Source: a virus. Taken from it: DNA of 64,000 nucleotides. Made by a program: the position numbers and the translations under genes. Below the pieces are notes generated by a model. It worked only from the letters and a program-made list of their open reading frames with translations. It was not told where the DNA came from and made no database searches. Location of the stretch: positions 2,264-66,263 of the IMG/VR virus record IMGVR_UViG_3300007511_001080; one strand, given 5' to 3'. Each line of letters starts with the position of its first letter. Positions within the stretch are counted from its first letter, which is position 1. Positions 55,923 to 64,000 of the stretch are shown piece after piece.

Positions 55923-58157
55923 TTATCCAATGATTTCTGAGAATGCCACTCCACTTCTAACTGCAACAAAGTTGAGTTGAATGAAGTTGATTGCTCTGTT
56001 TGGTTTAACATAGATATCGCCAACAAACTCATTTCTATCAATGACAGATGGTGTATTATTGGTTTCATCACAAATAACTACGAAATCGGTAATACCATCT
56101 CTTCCCTGTACATCTCTCAAGAAAGGTTCAACTGCACCAACAAATTGTGCTCTTGTGAATGCATCATTGAATTCAAAGAGTTGAGCTCTTGCAAATCTAG
56201 CAATGGCTTTCTCCATGATGATGAACAATCTTCTGATATTGATTCTGTCAAATGCAGAAGGTTTTGCAAGAAGAGTTTTGTCTCCAAAAAGAACTGTTCC
56301 AGCACCCATGAAGGTTGTTACTGGATTGACACCATTTTTGTAGAGTGTATCTCTCTCAGATTTTCTTGGATTAAAAGGTAATCTTACTACATTTCTTACG
56401 ATACCTCTAGTGAATCCAGCAGGTGAGAACCAAGCATCTCTGTTTGCTTCTGTTGCAGCTGCAAGACCAGCAATGTCAGCATTAAGAGGAATATATCGAA
56501 ATACATCATTATATCTATCATACTGGTATTTCCATCCAGAATCCATCATTGCATAAGATGTACTTCCGATTGCATTTCTAAAATCTACAACAGCATCTGC
56601 TTCACCACCTGAGTTATTTACAACATCAGATTGTTCTGGTGACATGAATGCTACACAATCTTTTCTTGTTTCACAGATTGAAACAACATCAAGAGCAACT
56701 GTTGCAGAAGCTTCTCCACAAATCATAAGACCAATATCAGTTTCTTCAGTATTCTCAAACTTTCTGAAACCTGTAATCTTATTACCATCAGTTACATCTG
56801 AACCATCAACTCCACCACCAAGACTTGTGGTTGAAATTAATGAACCTGAAGAGGATGAAGAAGCATATTCTGTTCCAGCAGTTGGAGTTGCACCCCAAGC
56901 AGAAACTGCTGCTCCACCAGTAGTGTAAGCATCACCTTTTGCGTTATGGTCTGCCCACCAAATGTACTTTGACCTACGATTTAGAGCATCAACATAGTAT
57001 GCTTTTGAACCATCTTCAAACTTAGCACCCTTTGCTACTGAAAGACCAGTGAAAAGTTCAAGACCTTCTCCAAGATTTCCTGTCCATTCTCCGTCTTCAT
57101 CAATTACTGCAACGTGAACCTCATCATAGAGAGCACCTTTATCTGCAGAATGTTGAGTTGTTACTGGTTCTTTGTCGAAAAGACCAGAATATTCCCATGT
57201 TCTGGAATAGGTTTGTGCTGTTGCTGTATTTGTAAATCCAGTATTAACTGTCATGGATGAGGAATTTGTTACTGCTGTAACTCTTCTTTCTTCACTATTA
57301 ATCTTGATAATATCACCAACAGTAAATTGCTTGTCAAATTGACAAGAATCATGAGCTCCTGCGGTAGCTACTGTTGCTGTAACTGTTGCAACATTAGCAG
57401 AAACCGCTACGGTTCCTACCATATTTCTTGCTGGTTCTCCAAATGGTGATCTTTTTAATCGTACTGCAGCTGAACTAGAAATTGCACCAGTTGTTGGATC
57501 ACAATGTACAGTTGCAGCAGTATTACTTGTGATTGAAGCAATAATAAAAGTATTTCCACTACAAACTATAACATCTCCGACTCTGAGTTCAGTTCCAAAA
57601 AGTGAACCAGTTGCTGAGAGTGCTTTACTTGATGCATGAACTGCAAATGTAGCACCACCTGTGAGTGTTATGTCTGAATTGGAAGCAACTACTGTGTTTC
57701 CAGATGCAAGGTTTGCTCTTGTTGGACCACATAAAGAAACTTTAAGACTGTTACCCAATTCTCCTGCATACTTGGCCATATAGTCGCCTCTAGTATCTGC
57801 AACAGAAGAACCACCTTCATCGTATGAATCCCAAAATACAGTGTTATTTGCTACAAGAATTGCACCACCACTTGTTGAAGCTGCATTCTTAGCTGCTGTG
57901 GATATACATCGTACCACATGAATTTTATTTGAATATTGTAGAAAATTGGCTGCAGAAAAGAACGATGTGTATGTATTTGCATCAGGTTTTTGGAATGTTT
58001 GTACCAAAAGGTCTTCTGAATCAATAAGTGTCACATCGTTTGCTGGACCCCATCTGAAAGGACCAGCAAATCCAGCATCAATGGAAGAGATGCCAGGAAC
58101 TACTGTTGTTAAATCAATTTCAGATGTATTTACGCCAGGACTTACTTGAAAAGGCAT
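55923..58157 (-). CDS. gp18: Tail sheath protein gp18
   Basis: SPGVNTSEIDLT, WFSPAGFTRG, FDRINIRRLF, FEFND, INFIQLNF. Confidence 0.97.
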   Translation of the reverse strand: MPFQVSPGVNTSEIDLTTVVPGISSIDAGFAGPFRWGPANDVTLIDSEDLLVQTFQKPDANTYTSFFSAANFLQYSNKIHVVRCISTAAKNAASTSGGAILVANNTVFWDSYDEGGSSVADTRGDYMAKYAGELGNSLKVSLCGPTRANLASGNTVVASNSDITLTGGATFAVHASSKALSATGSLFGTELRVGDVIVCSGNTFIIASITSNTAATVHCDPTTGAISSSAAVRLKRSPFGEPARNMVGTVAVSANVATVTATVATAGAHDSCQFDKQFTVGDIIKINSEERRVTAVTNSSSMTVNTGFTNTATAQTYSRTWEYSGLFDKEPVTTQHSADKGALYDEVHVAVIDEDGEWTGNLGEGLELFTGLSVAKGAKFEDGSKAYYVDALNRRSKYIWWADHNAKGDAYTTGGAAVSAWGATPTAGTEYASSSSSGSLISTTSLGGGVDGSDVTDGNKITGFRKFENTEETDIGLMICGEASATVALDVVSICETRKDCVAFMSPEQSDVVNNSGGEADAVVDFRNAIGSTSYAMMDSGWKYQYDRYNDVFRYIPLNADIAGLAAATEANRDAWFSPAGFTRGIVRNVVRLPFNPRKSERDTLYKNGVNPVTTFMGAGTVLFGDKTLLAKPSAFDRINIRRLFIIMEKAIARFARAQLFEFNDAFTRAQFVGAVEPFLRDVQGRDGITDFVVICDETNNTPSVIDRNEFVGDIYVKPNRAINFIQLNFVAVRSGVAFSEIIG

Positions 58158-58205
58158 ATCATCTCTCCTAATAATGGTTTATTCGGTGTAAATTGTTACT
58201 ATGAT

Positions 58206-58240
58206 TATTTATAAAAAAGAAATTCTTGAGAATATAAATA
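58206..58240. promoter_or_regulatory. Divergent late promoters (minus 58206-58213 for gp18; plus 58233-58240 for the HNH-like gene)
   Basis: Two exact TATAAATA motifs on opposite strands. Confidence 0.7.
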
Positions 58241-58277
58241 ATTATTGAGATATAAATTTATTTGTGGAGTTTAAAAA

Positions 58278-58645
58278 TGAACGCAATTGACCGCTTTTTA
58301 GGCAAGATTTCTAAACAAAACTCAGGGAGTGAATGTTGGCAATGGACTGCTTCAAGAACACAACAAGGGTATGGTATGTTCTCTTTTCAGGGAAAATCTA
58401 TTCCTGCACATCGGTTCGCCTATGAACATTTTAAAGGAGATATACCTGACAAACACATAGTGCACCAAGTATGTCAAAATAATTGTTGTGTAAATCCAGA
58501 ACACCTTATTATATGTACTAAGAGTGAATCGAGACTCAAATATAATTCTACTAGAATTCATCCAGATGCAAAAAAGTTAATACAAAGTATTAAGGAAAAA
58601 AGACCAGAAGAATTAGATGATTTTGGATTTAGTAGTGAGGTTTAA
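58278..58645 (+). CDS. HNH endonuclease-like protein with apparently degenerate active site
   Basis: CWQW, GYG, AHRFAY, CQNNCCVNPEHL; GGAG SD before ATG at 58278. Confidence 0.8.
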
Positions 58646-60270
58646 AAATAATTCCTTTGATAATCTTCTACGACTCGCCATGTAGTACCTTCATTATCTG
58701 TGAATGTATTATCATCTCTACCATCGTCAATAATCCCAAATGGTAACATATCTTCTTCCATGCTTTTCATTTGGTCTTTATACATTTGTTGTCGTATATC
58801 AAGGTCTGTCATATCCTTGAAATATTGTTGTTGTACCAACCATGCAAAAACTACGAGGCCCATTGCAAGGTCATCATGATGCCCTTCTTCTGCTTCGTAT
58901 GAATTGTACTTCGATGCAAAGGTTGTCAGTTCTGCAATAGTGTCAAAATCTGGGATGATGAGTTTATCAGTCTCAATCATTTCTTTCAGAGCAGCACAAC
59001 CAATCCTCTTGAGTTGTTTACTGGTCCTTATACCATATTGAGCATTTTTACCAAATCCACTACCAATTTTTTGACCTGCTCTTCCATGCATTGAACACAT
59101 TAACATATTCTCATACTCTAGGTCATTGTAAAGAGATTCTGCCACTGCCTGACCAATATCGTTAATTTCAATCAGAGTCCATGCATTATTGTATCTTCTT
59201 CCAACTTGATATATCACATTCGGATAAACCATTGGAGAAATAACATTGTCTCTATATTTTGCAACTTGTCTGTATGGAATTTGAGTTATATCGAAAACAG
59301 AAAATGCAGAGTAATCCTGACCTTTACCATGAGAAGTATCTGCTACAATACTATATGACTTACCACTTTGAGGTTGTTCATAAACATCCATTCCATTTTT
59401 AGAAACTAGTGGAGTTTGAAAAGTCATAGTCTTGAGTTTAGATGGGGCTATGAGAGTGAGTGTAGAACCAATAAATTCACATTCAAATTCTTGAGTAAAT
59501 TGTTGTAGACTCGTATTCTTAATTGTCTCTTCTTTCCATTTGTCATCCCTACCAGGCACTTCTCTCCAATCAACTTCTATTGGAGTGTAGTTACTTCTAC
59601 CCTCTTCTGCATCTATCCACATTTTATAGAACATATTGAGGCCAAGTGGTGTAGATACAATGAAAACTTTAGTAGTTTCACCAGAAGAAATTGTAGGATA
59701 AACGGAAGTGAAGAACTGGTCTGCAATGTTATTAGGAACGTGAGCAAACTCATCAAGGAAGATGATATTGAAAGAACTACCTCTGACTGCAGATGAAGAT
59801 GTGGCCGCTGCAAGAATCTTAGAACCATTCTCTAACTCAATGTTTCCTTTGTTCCATACGACCACACCCTGTTGCATCCACTTTGGTAGATGCTCGTATG
59901 CAAGTTGTAATCTGGATAGGAGTTCTCTGGCTGTGGCTAGTTTGTTTGCCAGAATTGCACAGTTCACACTCTCGTTAAACAGAATATAGTGTAGAAGGAA
60001 AGATATAAATGTTGTAGATTTGCCTGTCTGTCTGGGCATCTTACAAATTACAAATCTATCATTAATAAATGAATCTATCATTTTTTTCTGATAGGGATAC
60101 ATATCAAATGAAATCAAGCCTTTATCTACATGAATGACCTTGACATAATTTTCTATGAAATGTTGAGGGTCTTCCATACATTTTCTGTATTCCTTTACAG
60201 ATTCTTCTGTCCATTCTACAGATTGTCCTACTGATTTTAGATTAGGATTACCCAGATAGGTTTCAGCCAT
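58642..60270 (-). CDS. gp17: Terminase large subunit gp17
   Basis: YLGNPNLK, PRQTGKST, FLDEFAHV, STPLG, QEFECEF, HDDLAM. Confidence 0.98.
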   Translation of the reverse strand: MAETYLGNPNLKSVGQSVEWTEESVKEYRKCMEDPQHFIENYVKVIHVDKGLISFDMYPYQKKMIDSFINDRFVICKMPRQTGKSTTFISFLLHYILFNESVNCAILANKLATARELLSRLQLAYEHLPKWMQQGVVVWNKGNIELENGSKILAAATSSSAVRGSSFNIIFLDEFAHVPNNIADQFFTSVYPTISSGETTKVFIVSTPLGLNMFYKMWIDAEEGRSNYTPIEVDWREVPGRDDKWKEETIKNTSLQQFTQEFECEFIGSTLTLIAPSKLKTMTFQTPLVSKNGMDVYEQPQSGKSYSIVADTSHGKGQDYSAFSVFDITQIPYRQVAKYRDNVISPMVYPNVIYQVGRRYNNAWTLIEINDIGQAVAESLYNDLEYENMLMCSMHGRAGQKIGSGFGKNAQYGIRTSKQLKRIGCAALKEMIETDKLIIPDFDTIAELTTFASKYNSYEAEEGHHDDLAMGLVVFAWLVQQQYFKDMTDLDIRQQMYKDQMKSMEEDMLPFGIIDDGRDDNTFTDNEGTTWRVVEDYQRNYF

Positions 60271-60673
60271 CCTTCTTACCCTTCAACATTTTTTGAAGTT
60301 CTGCTGTAGACCCCACAAAAAGAGCATTGGTGACATTTGTGGGTCCACCCTTTTCAGTCTGTATGTCTTTTTTGGTTTTGTGTAGATTGAGAAGTTCTTT
60401 GTTGGTTGTGGTCAGTTTATCTATCATTTGACCAACTACCTCAAAGGCACGAGGATGTTCTGACTGTTTAGCAATTTCAATAAGTTCCTCCAAACCATCT
60501 TGCCCACGTTCAATTAGGTTGTAAAGATTCTCACGAGCGTACTGAAAATCAGTATCCTCATCCTGACCATTATTTAATGGCTTTACTTTCTCTACTTTTA
60601 CGACCTCTTTCTTAGGTTTTTCGATTATACCCAAAACCTCGTCCAAGTGGTCATCAATATTTGCTACTGTCAT
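60263..60673 (-). CDS. gp16: Terminase small subunit gp16
   Basis: DFQYAREN, HPRAFEV, ALFVGSTAELQKML. Confidence 0.94.
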   Translation of the reverse strand: MTVANIDDHLDEVLGIIEKPKKEVVKVEKVKPLNNGQDEDTDFQYARENLYNLIERGQDGLEELIEIAKQSEHPRAFEVVGQMIDKLTTTNKELLNLHKTKKDIQTEKGGPTNVTNALFVGSTAELQKMLKGKKDG

Positions 60674-61611
60674 GTATAATCTTCGCCTGTCTCAGGGTCA
60701 AAGTTTTTAGGATTGTCGAAAAATTCAAATGTCTCACTAAATCCATAATCACTATCAGCTTGTGCAGTGTCTGGGGATGGAACCACTGTATAGCGAGATT
60801 TCACAGTTGCATCACCAATATCTTGACTAGATTTTTCAGTCATAATTCTTTCATAATTTCCAGTTTCCAGAAGTATATAGTCTGAAGTAGCCAAAGCATC
60901 TTTCGTTGTTTCCAAGACAATAAATTCTTGTTCTAACTCTTGTACATCACTATCACCACTGCCTGGTATTCTGAAGTTGACCTCAATGGACTTGATGAGT
61001 GTACCACTCTTGACATCTGGATACACAAAACCTTTGAGAAGAAAACTTAGAGTCCAGATGATTGTCCTTCTTGTTGCAAGTTCACCTTCATATTCATCGG
61101 ACTGACTGGCAGAATTGAGAACGATAGGGACATCTGCCTTAATTCCCATGTCTGGAATTGTGTTTATCGTGACTGTAAATTCTGGTGTGAAGTAGGGAAG
61201 AATCTGTTCAAGAATCTGAGTGCCGTCTTCAGCATTATTAACCAGAATGAAAAGTTCAAAATCAAAGTTATATGGAACAGGATTATATTGACTCATTACA
61301 GAACCAGTAGAGGCTGTATTTGCTGCCACATTTCTAATTACAGTATTGAGTTTCCTTACTGAATCATAATTTACACCTGTGAGAGCAAAACCTATTCTTG
61401 GCAGTCTAGCACCTAAAACTCTTCTTTGGTCTGTAGTTTCAGAAAGTGCCAGAATCCATTTTTGTCTTGGTCCATAGGCCAGAGGAACTTTAACTCTTTC
61501 AATAACTGTACCAGATGAGTTTTTCCTTTCAATATTAATGTCATTGAAAAGAGTTCCAAATGCTGCCACATACTTGCGTATCGTTTGATGATAAAAGGTA
61601 GAACCTAACAT
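60670..61611 (-). CDS. gp15: Tail sheath stabiliser / terminator gp15
   Basis: FGTLFNDI, VPLAYGP, PVPYN, QILEQILPYF. Confidence 0.94.
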   Translation of the reverse strand: MLGSTFYHQTIRKYVAAFGTLFNDINIERKNSSGTVIERVKVPLAYGPRQKWILALSETTDQRRVLGARLPRIGFALTGVNYDSVRKLNTVIRNVAANTASTGSVMSQYNPVPYNFDFELFILVNNAEDGTQILEQILPYFTPEFTVTINTIPDMGIKADVPIVLNSASQSDEYEGELATRRTIIWTLSFLLKGFVYPDVKSGTLIKSIEVNFRIPGSGDSDVQELEQEFIVLETTKDALATSDYILLETGNYERIMTEKSSQDIGDATVKSRYTVVPSPDTAQADSDYGFSETFEFFDNPKNFDPETGEDYT

Positions 61612-62510
61612 TAGTAATTAGTCCCTTCACTAAATGGATTACCCTCTGTAAAATCAAGAATTGAATCAGCATCACCTTCGATTTGTTTATTACTCGTCAC
61701 TCTTTCTTGTGTTCCTGCCTCAATTTGTGCAAGAGTTTCGGATGCTTCATCTGTAGTCTGTTTGGTTTCGTATGTACCTGTAGCCAAACTAGTTGCACCA
61801 GTAAGAATTTCTCCTACTGTAAATACACCTGTCATATTGATGAGATACAGATACCTTGTAGTAGCATCCCACTTTGCAACTTCTCCTGTCTTTCCAGATG
61901 TACCACCTGTGACAGTTTCACCAACTTGGAAAGTACCTGGCGCTGGACTGGCTGCTAACTCAAAAGTACGGACAAAAGATTGTTGTACTTCAATATCATC
62001 TATCTCTTCAATACCTGTGTCAATCTTCTCGTCAGAGTATGCAAAGAGTTCACAAACAAGGTCAAAAGTTTGTAAAGAACCTGTCTGGTAAAATGTATTG
62101 GTTGCTTGAACATCCAATATTTGAAAGAGGCCATCTGTAAGTGGAAAGTAGATGAGGTCACCTGCTTTTGGTTCTTTGTCTCTTCCATCACCCTCAAAGT
62201 TCAATTCTCTGAATCTTCTTCTTGAAACTGTGAGTGTAATCTGGTCCCTCACCTCAAGACCGAAATTAGAAACAAAAGTTCCTTCTCCTTCAAACCCATC
62301 GACATTCTTGATATACATCTCAATAATACGAGAGTCGTTGAATTGTGATAATCTGTCTTCACCAAATATCTTGTCCTCATTAACCAAAGTTCTTGGCATG
62401 TAATGTAAGTCTATGCCATAAACCTTGATTGACTCAATAATAATGCTCTCGATGAGTCTTTGGTCAGCTGTATTAGTTCCGTAGTGATTGAAGTAGTGAT
62501 TGGTGGCCAT
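61611..62510 (-). CDS. gp14: Neck protein gp14
   Basis: ESIKVYG..YMPR, FGLEVRD, PKAGDLIYFP, DFTEGNPF. Confidence 0.94.
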   Translation of the reverse strand: MATNHYFNHYGTNTADQRLIESIIIESIKVYGIDLHYMPRTLVNEDKIFGEDRLSQFNDSRIIEMYIKNVDGFEGEGTFVSNFGLEVRDQITLTVSRRRFRELNFEGDGRDKEPKAGDLIYFPLTDGLFQILDVQATNTFYQTGSLQTFDLVCELFAYSDEKIDTGIEEIDDIEVQQSFVRTFELAASPAPGTFQVGETVTGGTSGKTGEVAKWDATTRYLYLINMTGVFTVGEILTGATSLATGTYETKQTTDEASETLAQIEAGTQERVTSNKQIEGDADSILDFTEGNPFSEGTNY

Positions 62511-62511
62511 A

Positions 62512-63522
62512 TTATCCCACCATAAAGTCATCTGGAAGTTGATACTTGAGTTGAATCTCTTCTTCTATTCTTTCTATTTCTGTATTTGCATCATCATATA
62601 ATTGTCTGCCGTTGAGTGTCACTCCACCTGGCAGCTGCATTCCTTCAAACTTGATGAGATTCTGCCCCCATTGTTTTTTGAAAAGTGCAGTAACATATTT
62701 CTTCAGGAACATATCACCCCAAACATCTGTGTATGAAGCCGGGTCAGTAATTACATAAGCATCAGCAATAATCCAATCATCAATTTTTACATCATTACCC
62801 CAATCTATGTCGAGATATAATCTGTCTGTGTGTCTGTTATATCTGAATTGTGGCATGCCATGAAATAATTCATTAATCATAGAAAGTTTTTGTTGTGTCA
62901 ATACATAGTTTCTGAAGTCTTGCATTGCACCCATCGAATATAAATCAGATAATGCATACTGATAATTCACCGAAAACATATTTGAACTATTATTGGTATC
63001 ATCGTAAAATGGAAATACACCTTTGATACCTATAATGTTTTCAGAAATTGTAATGTATTGATTATCGAAATCACCTAAAGAATTTGCACTTGAAGCTGCA
63101 GTTGTTGCAGATGCACCACTTGTACCACCTGTGACAGTTTCCCCATTACCGAATGTGGTAGTGGTATTTGCATAATATGTGTTTCCATCCCCTCCCGATT
63201 TTACTTCTGGATTTTTATAACGAATTGTTGTATTTGCACTGTGATATTCGTGTACTGTAGCTCTTACTTCACTTGTTCCACCTGTGATATATTCACCTGC
63301 AGTAAAAACTGTGTTTGAAGTTATTTTGAGAGTAGAACCTGTGATTTGATGTTTTAGAAAAGTTTTTTCAGTACCATCATAATGATACTCTTGAAAATAT
63401 TCAAGTGCATCATCCATCCTATCTTCCATTTGGTCATCATCAAGATTCAGCTGCACTACTGGATGTCCGAGTTGTCTCTTTGCATAATCTTTAAGTGTTG
63501 CTCTGGAAGTTGGTTGTGTCAT
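62512..63522 (-). CDS. gp13: Neck protein gp13
   Basis: LGHPV, YHYDG, KKQWGQNLIKF, LPGGVTLNG. Confidence 0.94.
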   Translation of the reverse strand: MTQPTSRATLKDYAKRQLGHPVVQLNLDDDQMEDRMDDALEYFQEYHYDGTEKTFLKHQITGSTLKITSNTVFTAGEYITGGTSEVRATVHEYHSANTTIRYKNPEVKSGGDGNTYYANTTTTFGNGETVTGGTSGASATTAASSANSLGDFDNQYITISENIIGIKGVFPFYDDTNNSSNMFSVNYQYALSDLYSMGAMQDFRNYVLTQQKLSMINELFHGMPQFRYNRHTDRLYLDIDWGNDVKIDDWIIADAYVITDPASYTDVWGDMFLKKYVTALFKKQWGQNLIKFEGMQLPGGVTLNGRQLYDDANTEIERIEEEIQLKYQLPDDFMVG

Positions 63523-63529
63523 TTCGTCC

Positions 63530-63874
63530 TCAATAAGTTGCAGATGGTGAAACTGTAATTACACCCTCAGCCAATCGTTCTATTGTACTTCCATCTGATT
63601 GTGTATATTCTATGTCATACACATATTGACCAGGCGTTATGGCGGCTGTTTGTGTTGCAGTCAGAGAAATAGTTACATTTGACCCTGAATCTGCACAAGT
63701 TAATGTGACTATGTTATTTGATGTGTAATGAGATGGCCTGAGTTTTCCAGCACAAGTTCCAGCAGAAATTGCAACATTTCCACCGGCAGTATTCTTGGCA
63801 GTTATAGTTTTCTCAAAGGTTGCACCTTGGTCTATAACTAAATTAACAGTTTGTTTGTTGAGAGTGAGTGCCAT
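63530..63874 (-). CDS. Virion structural protein (BppU-like N-terminal fold suspected)
   Basis: NLVIDQGATF...SLTATQT..I..GQYVYDIE...EGVITVSP. Confidence 0.7.
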   Translation of the reverse strand: MALTLNKQTVNLVIDQGATFEKTITAKNTAGGNVAISAGTCAGKLRPSHYTSNNIVTLTCADSGSNVTISLTATQTAAITPGQYVYDIEYTQSDGSTIERLAEGVITVSPSATY

Positions 63875-63933
63875 TAAATCTCCTTTGAATTATAAACCTT
63901 TCCATATATTTAGTAATGGAAGGAGTTAGGAGA

Positions 63934-64000
63934 TTAAATAGAAGGTTCGTCTGGCCACCCATCACCGATATTTACGGCAATGAGTTCAGTAACAGTTGTG
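63934..64000 (-). CDS. C-terminal end of an upstream gene (...TELIAVNIGDGWPDEPSI)
   Basis: Open frame entering from beyond the window; stop at 63934. Confidence 0.4.
   Translation of the reverse strand, partial: TTVTELIAVNIGDGWPDEPSI

Noticed and set aside
2549-60270. Introns or inteins in gp43, uvsW, gp46, gp20 or gp17
   Set aside because: All are of normal length with continuous motifs

Overview
A 64 kb segment of an AT-rich T4-like myophage genome, probably marine. Gene order resembles Kyanoviridae/pelagiphage genomes; the host cannot be determined from this sequence. Nearly all genes are on the minus strand. In transcription order (right to left): neck, terminase and tail genes (gp13-gp19); portal gp20; a ~9.5 kb block of fibre-like genes inserted into the head module; prohead genes with candidate internal proteins; gp21-gp23, gp3, uvsY, uvsW, gp55, gp47/46. 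An accessory region follows with peptide deformylase, GMP reductase, a purine PRTase, a Na/Pi-type transporter, Amt, ten tRNAs plus two tRNA remnants, a homing-type nuclease, a probable type II R-M pair and a VWA/CobS-like pair. The replication block comes last (gp45, gp44, an HNH/TAGT glycosyltransferase insertion, gp62, regA, dUTPase, Hsp20, M15 endolysin, gp43, uvsX, gp41). The most unusual signals lie outside the ORF track: two structured intergenic RNAs 16 kb apart with exactly complementary loops, a third ~225 nt promoter-driven structured RNA, a ROSE-like thermometer before hsp20, a metallothionein-like peptide, a canonical C2H2 zinc-finger microprotein, stop codons buried inside tRNA 5' ends, and a consensus antisense promoter facing the late operon. 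All calls come from motif recognition and synteny by eye; no database search or folding program was run.
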